Part shown: positions 1 to 9,213 of the stretch, in pieces
How the letters are laid out: every line of letters starts with the position of its first letter
Numbering within the stretch: the first letter of the stretch is position 1
Origin: an uncultured bacterium
GTDB taxonomy: Bacteria; Chloroflexota; UBA5177; JANWHV01
NCBI GenBank assembly: GCA_963827235.1
Contig: CAWHAE010000009.1
Span: forward strand, 64,001 to 128,000
DNA length: 64,000 nucleotides
Reading direction: 5' to 3'
Notes under the pieces: generated by a model
Databases searched by the model: none
What the model saw: the letters and a program-made list of their open reading frames with translations, nothing else
What the model was told of the DNA's origin: nothing
Position numbers and translations under genes: made by a program

Positions 1-650
1 TGCTGCGTCTGCGCCGTGCTCGGGCAGTGCAGCGAGACCAGGTCGCTCTCGGCCAGCAGCCGCTCCAGCGGCACCAGCGTGGCGCCCAGCGCCGCCGCTT
101 CCTCCGCGCCGAGCAGCGGGTCGCAGACCAGCACCCGCGTCTTGAAGGGCAGCAGCCGCCGCACCACCTCGCGCCCGATGCGCCCGCAGCCCACCACGCC
201 CGTGGTCATGTCCCGCAGCGTGTGGTAGGTGTTCAGGGGCAGCTGGGCACTCCAGCCCCCCGCCTGCACCGTCACGGCGTGCCGCACCACCTGCCGCGTC
301 AGGGCCAGCATCAGGGCCAGCGTGTGGTCCGCCACCTCGTCGATGCAGTAGTCCGGCACGTTGCACACCGCGATGTTCCGGCTGCGTGCCGCCGCCAGGT
401 CCACGTTGTCCACCCCGATGCCGTAACGCACGATCAGCCGCGCCCGCTGCATGCCCTGGATGGCCCGTGCCGTCACCGGCGCGAACTGCGTCAGCACGAA
501 GTCCGCCTGGGCGCAGCAGGCCAGCACCTCCTCCTCGGTGCGGCACTGCGCCCCCACCAGCGTGCAGCCCAGGGGCTCCAGAATCTGCCGCTCCGTCTCC
601 AGCTCGCCAAACGTGGAATCGGTCACCGCTACCGTATAGCCTGCCATCAT
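1..650 (-). CDS. D-2-hydroxyacid dehydrogenase (CtBP/SerA-like), partial; 3' end lies outside the window
   Basis: Not in ORF track (no stop in window). Minus strand reads MMAGYTVAVTDSTFGELETERQILEPLG...IVRYGIGVDNVD...NVPDYCIDEVADH...GVVGCGRIG; GGGAGG RBS upstream. Confidence 0.85.
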   Translation of the reverse strand, partial: MMAGYTVAVTDSTFGELETERQILEPLGCTLVGAQCRTEEEVLACCAQADFVLTQFAPVTARAIQGMQRARLIVRYGIGVDNVDLAAARSRNIAVCNVPDYCIDEVADHTLALMLALTRQVVRHAVTVQAGGWSAQLPLNTYHTLRDMTTGVVGCGRIGREVVRRLLPFKTRVLVCDPLLGAEEAAALGATLVPLERLLAESDLVSLHCPSTAQTQ

Positions 651-666
651 CGCCTCCCTCAGCCGC

Positions 667-1767
667 TCACGCGCCATCGCGCAGCGTGAACGCCACGCCC
701 ACGCTCGCCGCCGTCTCGATCAGGGTCTCTACCGTGTGCGCGCTCAGCGGACAGCCCGAGGCCGCCCGCTGCCGGGCCGTGCGCAGCTCCGGCTCCCCCG
801 GCAGCAGCACTTCCTCCACCCCCGCCACCGGGGGACTGGCCTTCAGGGCGTCGCAGAAGGCGTCCACCCGCTCCTGGTACTCCGCCAGGGAGGTGAAGGC
901 CGTCACGTCCAACGCCTGCACGTAGTGCGCGATGTCCACCCGCTGGCTGAAGTCTTCCCCCCAGCGCACGATGTGCGGCCCCCACTGCGTGCCCAGCAGC
1001 AGCGAGGAGGTGAACTCGATCATGGTGGCCAGGCCGTAGCCCTTGGCCCCGCCCATGGGCAGCCCGGCATAGGTGGCGAACACCGCCGGGTCGGCCGAGG
1101 GCTCGGTCACCGGCCGCCCCTGGTCGTCGATCACCCACCCCGCCGGTACCCGCTGGTGCTCCTGCGCCGCCTTGTAGTACTTGCCTCCCGCCACCACGCT
1201 GGTCGCCATGTCCACCGTCACCCCCGGCCAGCGCCGGCCGGCCGGGGCCGCCAGGGCCAGCGGGTTGGTGCCGAAGAAGCGCTGCCGCCCGTTGTAGGGC
1301 ACCACGCTCGACTCCGCCGGCGACCACACCGTGCCCACACAGCCCTGTGCCGCCGCCCAGTTCACGTAGTAGGCCGCCGCCCCGAAGTGGTTGGAGTGCC
1401 GCACCAGCACCGTGCCCACCCCCTGCTCCCGCGCCAGCGCCACCGCCTGCTCCATGGCCCGCACCGTGGCCAGGTGCCCCATGCCGCCGTCCGCGTCCAG
1501 CACGCCCACCGCGCCCCGCCGCCGCTCGAAGCGCAGCCGCGGCGTGGGGTTGATCAGCCCCAGGCGCAGCCGCTTGACGTACAGGCGCAGGTTGAAGGCG
1601 CCGTGCGTATCCACGCCGCGCAGGTTGGCGTCGACGATCACCTCCGCGCACAGGGCGGCCTCCTCCGCGGGCATGCCGGCCCCGGCCAGCAGGGCGCCGG
1701 CAAAGCGGCGCAGGCTCTGGGCGGAGACCACGATGTCGCGGGCCGCGGCGCGCTCATTCTCGTGCAT
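667..1767 (-). CDS. Ldh_2 family oxidoreductase (malate/L-lactate/ureidoglycolate dehydrogenase type 2)
   Basis: Motifs RGVDTHG, VRHSNHFGAA, GTNPLA, DMATS, GGAKGYGL, LPGEPE; start trimmed to ATG 1767 after an AAGGA RBS. Confidence 0.9.
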   Translation of the reverse strand: MHENERAAARDIVVSAQSLRRFAGALLAGAGMPAEEAALCAEVIVDANLRGVDTHGAFNLRLYVKRLRLGLINPTPRLRFERRRGAVGVLDADGGMGHLATVRAMEQAVALAREQGVGTVLVRHSNHFGAAAYYVNWAAAQGCVGTVWSPAESSVVPYNGRQRFFGTNPLALAAPAGRRWPGVTVDMATSVVAGGKYYKAAQEHQRVPAGWVIDDQGRPVTEPSADPAVFATYAGLPMGGAKGYGLATMIEFTSSLLLGTQWGPHIVRWGEDFSQRVDIAHYVQALDVTAFTSLAEYQERVDAFCDALKASPPVAGVEEVLLPGEPELRTARQRAASGCPLSAHTVETLIETAASVGVAFTLRDGA

Positions 1768-1911
1768 GGCTGTTCGTTCCTTGCCCCACTCTCGCTGCTC
1801 TCGCGGTGCGCAGCGGCACCCCCGCCCCACCGCCGGACTCAGCCGTGCGGCGCGACGGACGCGCCATCCCCGCGCCGTGCCGCCCTCACCATACCGCAGA
1901 TCCCCGCCGTG

Positions 1912-1973
1912 GTCAACTGTTGACAGAATGTTCGGATTGACGATTGCCGTTCTACTAGCATACTGTTGACAGA
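1912..1973 (+). promoter_or_regulatory. Divergent promoter region with duplicated ACTGTTGACAGA box
   Basis: TTGACG 1937-1942 and CATACT 1959-1964; identical 12-mers at 1916-1927 and 1962-1973. Confidence 0.5.
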
Positions 1974-2035
1974 GATCCGTGCGCGGCGGGCCGCTGCTGC
2001 CCGCGCCGCCATGGCACGGAGGCCGGAGGCCTTGA

Positions 2036-3337
2036 ATGAACCTTGACCTTGCCATCCCGGAGTCGCTGCTCCACGAGCTGCTCGACTCCGTGCCCATACC
2101 GCCGCTGGCCCCCGTGCGCTATGACATGGCCACACCGCCGGCACTCGGCGATCTGCCAAAGCTGGTGGCCGCGCAGGTGCAGGCTGCGCGCGCCTGCATT
2201 GCACCGGGCCAGCGTATCGCGGTCGGCGTGGGCAGCCGGGGCATTGCACAACTTCCCGAGATCGTGGCCGCGCTGGTGCGCAGCCTGCGCGATCTGGGCG
2301 CCGATCCCTTTCTCGTGCCGGCGATGGGCAGCCACGGCGGTGCCACGGGCGAAGGTCAGCGCGCCATGCTTCACAGCCTGGGCATCACCGAAGCGCGCGC
2401 CGGCGCACCGATCGTGGCGCAGATGGAGACGGTCGAGGTGGGCGTGACGCCGGACGGTACCCCGGTGCGGCTGGACCGTCTTGCCGCGGCGGCTGACGGC
2501 ATCGTCTTCGTGGCGCGGGTCAAGCCGCACACCTCGTTTCGCGGACCCTACGAGAGTGGGTTGGCGAAGATGATCGCCATCGGCTTCGGCAAACAGGCCG
2601 GCGCCTCTGCCTGTCACGCGCAGGGCTTCGGCCAGATGCACCGGCACGTGCCGGCCCTCGCCGAAGTGGCTCTCGCCCGGGCGCCGTTCAAGTTCGCCCT
2701 CGCGGTGCTGGAGAACGCCTACGACCAGCCGTTCAAGGTGGAGCTGGTGCCGGCCGAGCGAATGCTGGCCGTAGAGCCGTCACTGTTGGAGGAGGCGCGC
2801 GCCGCCATGGCCCACATCCCCTTCGACCAGCTCGACGTGCTGGTAATCGACCGCATCGGCAAGGATATCAGCGGTGACGGGGCCGACCCAAACATTACCG
2901 GCTGCTATCCCACGCCCTACGCCAGCGGAGGCCCGTCCGTCGCGAAACAGGTGGTGCTCGATCTCACGGATGCCACGCACGGCAATGCCTGCGGCCTGGG
3001 CACGGCAGACTTCACGACCATGCACGCGGCGCGCAAGATGTCCCTCGCGGCCATGTACGCCAATGCCCTGACCTCCACGGTCGTGCGTCCGGTGGCCGTG
3101 CCCATGGTCCTGCCGTCGGACCGCCTGGCCCTGGCCGCGGCACTGCTCACCTGTAACGCGGTGGGCCGGCAGCAGCGGCTGCTCCGCCTGCAGGACACGC
3201 TGCACCTGGGTCGGTTCTGGGTCTCGGCCGGCTTGCTTGAGGAGGTGCAGGCCAATTCGCGGTTGTACCTCGAGGCTGCCCCTGCACCCGCTTGCTTCGA
3301 TGATGAAGGTAACCTGTTCGACCATGGCTGTAGCTGA
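2036..3337 (+). CDS. LarA-like (lactate racemase N-terminal/DUF2088-type) protein
   Basis: GVGSRGI, VPAMGSHGGAT, RVKPHTSF..PYESGLAKM, IGKDISGDGADPN motifs. Confidence 0.75.
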   Translation: MNLDLAIPESLLHELLDSVPIPPLAPVRYDMATPPALGDLPKLVAAQVQAARACIAPGQRIAVGVGSRGIAQLPEIVAALVRSLRDLGADPFLVPAMGSHGGATGEGQRAMLHSLGITEARAGAPIVAQMETVEVGVTPDGTPVRLDRLAAAADGIVFVARVKPHTSFRGPYESGLAKMIAIGFGKQAGASACHAQGFGQMHRHVPALAEVALARAPFKFALAVLENAYDQPFKVELVPAERMLAVEPSLLEEARAAMAHIPFDQLDVLVIDRIGKDISGDGADPNITGCYPTPYASGGPSVAKQVVLDLTDATHGNACGLGTADFTTMHAARKMSLAAMYANALTSTVVRPVAVPMVLPSDRLALAAALLTCNAVGRQQRLLRLQDTLHLGRFWVSAGLLEEVQANSRLYLEAAPAPACFDDEGNLFDHGCS

Positions 3338-3350
3338 TCGGGGGAGAGCA

Positions 3351-4517
3351 ATGGATGATCTGCCGGGCTTCGGCATGGAAGTGGTGCGGATGCGGGAGGC
3401 CCTGGCGCGGGAGGGCGTCGACGGAGTTCTGCTCTCCGAGCCGGGAAGCATCTGCGCGGCCACCGGGTTCGCCGTGCCGCTGCCGATTGGCGCTAGTGCG
3501 GCCTTTGCCGGTGGGCCGCTGCTGGCCCTCGTAGGGCGAGACGCCGTTGGCCTGCTGGTCTCCGGATCGGAGGCCGGTGTCGCCAAGCAGGAGAGCCGGG
3601 TCGACGCGCTCACCGTCTACGAGCCCTTCGACCACTTGCAGGCCCTTGATGCGCGGGCTGAGTTTCTGGCCGGGCTCGACAGGTTGCTGCAGAGTGTGTT
3701 GCCCTCGCATGCATCCCTGAGCCTCGGCATCGAGCCGCGCAGTCTCCCCACGCTGGTGGCGGCCCACCTGGCCGAGCACTATCCTGCGCTGGCGGTGCGG
3801 GATGCCACTGTCGCGGTGGCGCGCGCCCGCATGGTGAAGACGCCGCGCGAGATTGCGCTGCTGCGCCGGGCCGCGCGTGCCGCGGACGCCGGCCAGCAAG
3901 CTCTGCTGGCGCAGGCGAGAAGCGGTGCGAGCGAGCTGTCTCTGTGGAACGGACTGTGCGGGGCCATCGAAGCGGTGGCCGGCGGCTCGGTGCCGATCAC
4001 CGGTGAGCTGGTAGCAGGTCCGCGCACCGCGGTGGTCGAGTACCCGGGCGGCCCGACCGCGCGCACGGTGGAGCATGGGGACACCATAATCTGCGACATC
4101 AGCCCCTGCGTGCACGGCTACTATGCCGACTGCTGTAACACGCTGGTCGTGGGCGAGGCCACCGCAGACCAGAGCCACTTCTGCCGGGCGGCGCGCGATG
4201 CCTGTGAGGCGGCCATGCTGGCGCTCCGGCCGGGCGCCCGCGCCGCCGATGCCTTCGAGGCGGCACGAGCGGCCCTGGAGCGGCACGGTCTCCCGGTAGC
4301 CCACTACGCCGGGCACGGAATCGGCGCTTCGGTCAACGAGCTGCCGCGGCTGGTGCCCCACGACCTGACGCGTATCGAGCCCGGCATGGTATTCGCCGTC
4401 GAGCCGGGCGCCTATGCCGGCTTGGGCGGCAGCACCGGGGCACGCGCCGAGAAGATGGTTCTGGTGACCGCCGGCGGTCCCGAGATCCTCTCGCAATTCG
4501 CCTGGGGAGTGAGCTAA
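3351..4517 (+). CDS. Xaa-Pro peptidase family (M24) protein
   Basis: RMVKTPREI, D...GYYADCCNT, HYAGHGIG, EPG, RAEK metal ligands; GGGGAG RBS before ATG 3351. Confidence 0.85.
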   Translation: MDDLPGFGMEVVRMREALAREGVDGVLLSEPGSICAATGFAVPLPIGASAAFAGGPLLALVGRDAVGLLVSGSEAGVAKQESRVDALTVYEPFDHLQALDARAEFLAGLDRLLQSVLPSHASLSLGIEPRSLPTLVAAHLAEHYPALAVRDATVAVARARMVKTPREIALLRRAARAADAGQQALLAQARSGASELSLWNGLCGAIEAVAGGSVPITGELVAGPRTAVVEYPGGPTARTVEHGDTIICDISPCVHGYYADCCNTLVVGEATADQSHFCRAARDACEAAMLALRPGARAADAFEAARAALERHGLPVAHYAGHGIGASVNELPRLVPHDLTRIEPGMVFAVEPGAYAGLGGSTGARAEKMVLVTAGGPEILSQFAWGVS

Positions 4518-4664
4518 GCCAGTAGCCAACTGCCAGCCACTGCCCGGCCTACGCAAGCGCAGGGTCGACGTCTCATAAGATTGCTTCACTCCAGGATATC
4601 GCTGGCTTTACAGCCTGGGGGGCCGCGTGCGGCCAAGAAGCCCCTGCTTCTGAGTGCGATCTTG

Positions 4665-4712
4665 TTGACTCTCAGAGTACCTCTATGTATACTGTTAACA
4701 CTCATTTGAGTG
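4665..4712 (+). promoter_or_regulatory. Near-consensus sigma70 promoter with two palindromes
   Basis: TTGACT 4665-4670, 17 bp, TATACT 4688-4693; palindromes ACTCT-C-AGAGT 4668-4678 and CACTCA-TT-TGAGTG 4699-4712. Confidence 0.55.
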
Positions 4713-4785
4713 ATGTCGTGCTGCCTGGAGCCGGCATCCGAGGGCCGCGAAATAGGGGGTATTTGAAGGCCCGAGAAGCCCTCCT

Positions 4786-5124
4786 TCGACACGGTTCCGG
4801 GCGGGGTGATAGACGCCCCGTTGGTCGACGGGTGCAGCGCGCTCGGCGTAGCTGCGGCGAATTCTCATCCCGCTTTCGCGCCCTGGTACCGTGGCGGTCG
4901 CCGTGGTGGCCTTCTGCGGCAGCTGGAACGAGCACTTGATAGCTTCGGCGTTCGTAACGAATCGCGCCGCTGGTGCCGGCATCTCGACGTCGATCAGCGA
5001 ACAGAACCTCGAGCTTTGCCGGCTCGAAGCTGCCTGGCTAGGCTTCTCGTTGCTGCCGGTAGTGCTGTATCTGGCGGTGCAGCGCCATGTGGTACGGGGA
5101 CTTGCCGCCGGCGCGGTGAAGTAG
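4786..5124 (+). pseudogene. Decayed C-terminal fragment of a carbohydrate ABC permease (MalG-like)
   Basis: Degenerate EAA loop IDAPLVDGCS in one frame, then ILIPLSRPG..AF..SWNE..QRHVVRGLAAGAVK* in another; no N-terminal half. Confidence 0.7.
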
Positions 5125-5234
5125 CAGGGTGGCCTGCTCTGTTTGGAGGGGGATGGCGCTGACGTGATGCAGGACCGGGAGTATTCGGCTTTTTGTCCGG
5201 TAGGATGTCGTATTGTCAGGCAAGTGGCAAGCCA

Positions 5235-5990
5235 ATGAAGAGCTTACGACCGATCGAAATGCCGTCCGTGCACGATGCATTGGTAGCAAGCGTTAAAGAG
5301 TACATCATCGCCAATCGGCTTCGGGCCGGGGATCCGCTTCCCACCGAGGCGCAGTTGGCCGAGCAGCTTCGCGTGAGCCGCTCCGGGGTTCGGGAAGCCC
5401 TGCGATCGCTGCAATCGCTGGGAGTGATCACGTCGCGGCGCGGCGAAGGACATTACGTCAATAGCTTCAATCTCGACCCTATCGTGCAGAACCTGAACTA
5501 CAGCATGCTCTTCGACGTCGAGGATGCCCGCGAAGTGCTCGAGATACGCGAGCGACTGGAAATAAGCTTCATTGCCGACGCCGCATCCGCCATGAACGAC
5601 GCGACGCTCGAGACCCTGAACGCCCTCGTCGAAGCCATGCATCTCAAGGCGAAACACGGCCGCTTGTTTCTCGAAGAGGATATTGCCTTTCACCGAACGA
5701 TCTATGAGACGACGGGCAACCGCCTGCTGCTCAAGCTTCTGGACGTCTTCTGGGACGTATACAAACACCTGCGCGACCGGTCTCTGCTCGACGTGCGCGA
5801 CCTCAGCCTGGAAGCCGGCAGCCACGAGCAGATCCTGCAGGCGCTGGCAGCAAGAGACGGCGTGGCGGCAAGCCGGTACCTGGTGCCTCACTTTGCCAGT
5901 ATGGACGAGCGGCTAAAGCCGAGCCGATCGCGGCGGGGAGCCGGATCTTCCACCGCCGCGCAAACCCCGGACCCGGATGAGCCGCGATAG
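5235..5990 (+). CDS. FadR/GntR family transcriptional regulator
   Basis: GDPLPTEAQLAEQLRVSRSGVREAL wHTH; FCD domain DIAFHRTI..GNRLL. Confidence 0.92.
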   Translation: MKSLRPIEMPSVHDALVASVKEYIIANRLRAGDPLPTEAQLAEQLRVSRSGVREALRSLQSLGVITSRRGEGHYVNSFNLDPIVQNLNYSMLFDVEDAREVLEIRERLEISFIADAASAMNDATLETLNALVEAMHLKAKHGRLFLEEDIAFHRTIYETTGNRLLLKLLDVFWDVYKHLRDRSLLDVRDLSLEAGSHEQILQALAARDGVAASRYLVPHFASMDERLKPSRSRRGAGSSTAAQTPDPDEPR

Positions 5991-6004
5991 TAGCGGGAGG
6001 ATTT

Positions 6005-7186
6005 ATGCTGCCAAAAGAACGCGTGATAGCCGCCCTGGAGTTTGGTCACCCCGATCGTATTCCCGTCGGCGAGACGGGCATCGACTACGCCATCACCGAG
6101 CAGGTGCTCGGTCGCCCCACCCTGTACCGGGCCAAGTGGAAAGAGTTCACGGCGCTCTGGCAGGGCAGGCGGGACGAGTACGTGGACTCATGCAAGCGCG
6201 ACATCGTGGACCTGGCGCGCGCACTCGGACACGACGTCGTCCCCGCATTCCTGGTGCCTCCGAGGCACAAGGCGCCTGAGGTACCGGAGTTCCTTGAGAC
6301 CTATAAGTGGCGCAACCCGGACGGGCGCGTCTTCGTCTACTCGCCGGTGAGCCAGGGTCACGCCATGCTGGTGGAAAGCCCCGACGTCACCGTGGACGAT
6401 ATCCAGGACATTCCCGTCGACATCGACGAGTCGGAGCTCGAGCTGGTGCGGCACGTGGTCAAAGAGATGGGCGACACGCACTTCATCCTGGGGCGGCCGG
6501 GTGACGGCATCTTTCCCTGCATGCGCTACACCTTTGAGTTCTTGCTCCGTAACATGGTGGAGCGGCCGGAAGTCGTGGCCCGCATCATCGAGGTCGAGAC
6601 GAAACACTGCATCGCCGTGGCCGATGCATTGCTGGACGCCGGGTGCGATGCCGTGCTGCCCACGAGCGACGTGGCCGGCAACAGCGGCCCCTTCATGTCG
6701 CCCCGCATGTTCCGCCGGTTCATGTTCCCCTGGCTAAAGGCCGAATGCGACGCCGCGCATGCCAAGGGCAAATACCTGATCAAGCATACCGACGGCAACA
6801 TGTGGGCCCTGCTGGACATGATGATCGAGGCCGGGATCGACGGCTGGCAAGGCATACAGCCGCGCCTTGGCATGACGTTCCCGGCCCTGCAAGAGCGCTA
6901 TGGCGGGCGCCTCTGCTTCTGGGGCGGCGTCGACGTCGATACCCTGGTCGCCGGGAGCGAGGCGGATGTCGCCGAGGAGGTGCGCGTGGCCTTCGAGAGC
7001 GCGCCGCCGGCCGGCGGCATGGTGCTCACCTGCGGCAACAGCGTGATGGTCGGCGTGCAGCACGCCAACTACATGGCGATGATGCGCGCGGCCAAGAGTC
7101 TCAACGATAGCCGGCAGGGAGGAGGTGACCATCACGACGTCCACGATGAGCGAGCGCGAGAACTTGTTGCGCGCGATCAGGCATGA
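6005..7186 (+). CDS. Uroporphyrinogen decarboxylase (URO-D/MtaA-like) family protein
   Basis: PDRIPV N-terminus, FMSPRMFRRF, KHTDGN, YGGRLCFWGGVD; last ~20 codons overlap the next gene. Confidence 0.8.
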   Translation: MLPKERVIAALEFGHPDRIPVGETGIDYAITEQVLGRPTLYRAKWKEFTALWQGRRDEYVDSCKRDIVDLARALGHDVVPAFLVPPRHKAPEVPEFLETYKWRNPDGRVFVYSPVSQGHAMLVESPDVTVDDIQDIPVDIDESELELVRHVVKEMGDTHFILGRPGDGIFPCMRYTFEFLLRNMVERPEVVARIIEVETKHCIAVADALLDAGCDAVLPTSDVAGNSGPFMSPRMFRRFMFPWLKAECDAAHAKGKYLIKHTDGNMWALLDMMIEAGIDGWQGIQPRLGMTFPALQERYGGRLCFWGGVDVDTLVAGSEADVAEEVRVAFESAPPAGGMVLTCGNSVMVGVQHANYMAMMRAAKSLNDSRQGGGDHHDVHDERARELVARDQA

Positions 7187-8123
7187 CGACCCGGAATACG
7201 TTCCGGTCCGGCACCTCGACGGCAGCGTACCCGGCATGGCCCGTCTCATCTATCGCAACAGCCGGGCCCTGCTGAGCGGCACCGATCGTTGGGGCGTCAC
7301 GTGGGCCGGCGGCATCGCCGGCAAGTCAGACTTTGAGCCGGAGATCCAGGGCTACCCGGTCCATCACCCGCTGGCGGATCTGGACCGCCTGGACGACTAT
7401 CCGTTCCCCGACCCGGATGAGCCGGGCATCATGGACGGGCTCTACGACGGCGTCGATCGCCGGCAGGTTCTGGTCGCCGGCGAGCTGATGTTCCCCGTCC
7501 AGGACCGGGCACATACCCTGATGGGAATGGACAACTTCCTCCTGGCTCTCATCGATCGGCCGCAGCAGATGCACGTGCTGCTGCAACGCATCGCCGACTA
7601 TCAGATCGGCATCATTCGCCGGTACCTCGCCATGGGCGTGGACATCATTCGCGTTCTGGACGACTACGGGACGCAGCGTTCGGTGCTGGTGGGGCCGCGC
7701 CTCTGGCGCACCTTCATCAAGCCCGAGCTTGCGCGTATCGTCAGGGCCGCCAAGGACGGCGGCGCCCTGTTCTGGCTGCACTCGTGCGGGCGCGTGATGG
7801 AGATACTTCCGGACCTGGTCGAGATCGGCGTGGATATCCTGGACCCCGTCCAGGTCATGGCCAACGATCAGGCCGAAGCCAAGCGTCTCTACGGCGACCG
7901 GCTGTGCCTGATGGGCGGCATGGATACGCAACGGGTCTTGACCCTCGGTACGCCCGAGGAGGTCGAGGCAGAGGTGCGAGCGCGAATGGAGATGCTGAAG
8001 CCGGGCGCCGGCTTCATTCTGGCACCGGACACGCTGATCACGATGCCCGAGGCCAACTATCGGGCCTACCTGGCGGCCGGCGCGCGCTATGGCCGGTACG
8101 CGCGCCTGGCCGGCGCCGTCTAG
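7125..8123 (+). CDS. Uroporphyrinogen decarboxylase (URO-D/MtaA-like) family protein
   Basis: DDYGTQ, LHSCG, YGDRLCLMGGMD, GTPEEV, GFILAP; GGAGGAGG RBS (start 7125 or 7146). Confidence 0.85.
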   Translation: MTITTSTMSERENLLRAIRHDDPEYVPVRHLDGSVPGMARLIYRNSRALLSGTDRWGVTWAGGIAGKSDFEPEIQGYPVHHPLADLDRLDDYPFPDPDEPGIMDGLYDGVDRRQVLVAGELMFPVQDRAHTLMGMDNFLLALIDRPQQMHVLLQRIADYQIGIIRRYLAMGVDIIRVLDDYGTQRSVLVGPRLWRTFIKPELARIVRAAKDGGALFWLHSCGRVMEILPDLVEIGVDILDPVQVMANDQAEAKRLYGDRLCLMGGMDTQRVLTLGTPEEVEAEVRARMEMLKPGAGFILAPDTLITMPEANYRAYLAAGARYGRYARLAGAV

Positions 8124-8148
8124 TTGCCGGCCGAGGAAAGGATGGATT

Positions 8149-9135
8149 ATGCCGACGGTCCTGATCACCACTGATATGCTGAAACCCGGCGAAGCAGGTG
8201 GAGTCCGGCTGCTCGACGAGGCCGGCATCAATCTGCGCTATGCGCCGCGCAGGCCGCGCTCGATCGACGAGCTGCTCCAGCAGGCCGAGGGCTGCGACGC
8301 CAGCATCTGCGGCGACGAAGCGTACACGGACGAGGTCTTCGCCGCCCTCCCCTCGCTGCGGCACGTGGCACGCCACGGCGTCGGCTACGATTCGGTCGAC
8401 GTCAAGGCGGCGACGAAGCGAGGCGTCATCGTCACCGTGACGCCGGGTGCGAACACGGAGCCGGTCGCCGACCACGCGTTCGGGCTGATGCTCGTACTGG
8501 CCCACCGCATCATGCGGGACGACCAGGCAATACGCCGGGGAGAGTGGCTGGGTTCGATGCGAGCCGACGTCTTTCGCAGGACGCTCGGCCTGGTCGGTCT
8601 GGGCGGCATCGGAAAGGCCGTCGTCCGCCGTGCCCAGGGGTTTGCGATGCGCATCCTCGCCTACGAACCGGCGCCGGACGACGCGTTCGTGGCCGCGCAC
8701 GGGGTGGAGCTGGTCGAGCTGGACGACTTATTCCGCCAGAGCGATATCGTCTCCTTGCACGCGCCGCTTCTCCCAGGCACGGTTGGCCTCGTCGACGCGC
8801 GTCGCCTGGCCCTGATGAAGCCAAGCGCGTACCTGATCAATACGGCGCGGGGCGGCCTCATCGACGAAGACGCGCTGTACGAGGCGTTGAGCAACGGCCG
8901 GATCGCCGGCGCAGGACTCGACGTGCGAGCCGCCGAGCCGTCCACGGGAGGGCGTTTTGCCACGCTGGACAACGTGGTGCTGACGCCGCACGCGGCCGGC
9001 AGGACCGAAGCGATGTGGCTGGCAGGAGGCACGATGGCCGCCGAGGCAGTGCTGGCCGTCTTGCGCGGCGCGCGGCCGCACGGCCTGGTCAATCCCGCGG
9101 CGTGGGAGCAGCGAGTGGCCGCTGCTCAGGCGTAG
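8149..9135 (+). CDS. D-2-hydroxyacid dehydrogenase (phosphoglycerate dehydrogenase-like)
   Basis: RHGVGYDSVD, GLGGIG, LINTARGGLIDE, GLDV..EP, TPH. Confidence 0.9.
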   Translation: MPTVLITTDMLKPGEAGGVRLLDEAGINLRYAPRRPRSIDELLQQAEGCDASICGDEAYTDEVFAALPSLRHVARHGVGYDSVDVKAATKRGVIVTVTPGANTEPVADHAFGLMLVLAHRIMRDDQAIRRGEWLGSMRADVFRRTLGLVGLGGIGKAVVRRAQGFAMRILAYEPAPDDAFVAAHGVELVELDDLFRQSDIVSLHAPLLPGTVGLVDARRLALMKPSAYLINTARGGLIDEDALYEALSNGRIAGAGLDVRAAEPSTGGRFATLDNVVLTPHAAGRTEAMWLAGGTMAAEAVLAVLRGARPHGLVNPAAWEQRVAAAQA

Positions 9136-9213
9136 ACTGGAGAACAGTGACTCATTTCCCACAGGATATAGGCACACAGAGAGCCCAGAGATGCATAGAG
9201 GGATGGAAGAAGG

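Noticed and set aside
4695-4721. CIRCE (HrcA) operator suggested by TTAACACTC
   Set aside because: The second half-site follows after 4 nt rather than 9 and lacks CTAA; no chaperone gene follows
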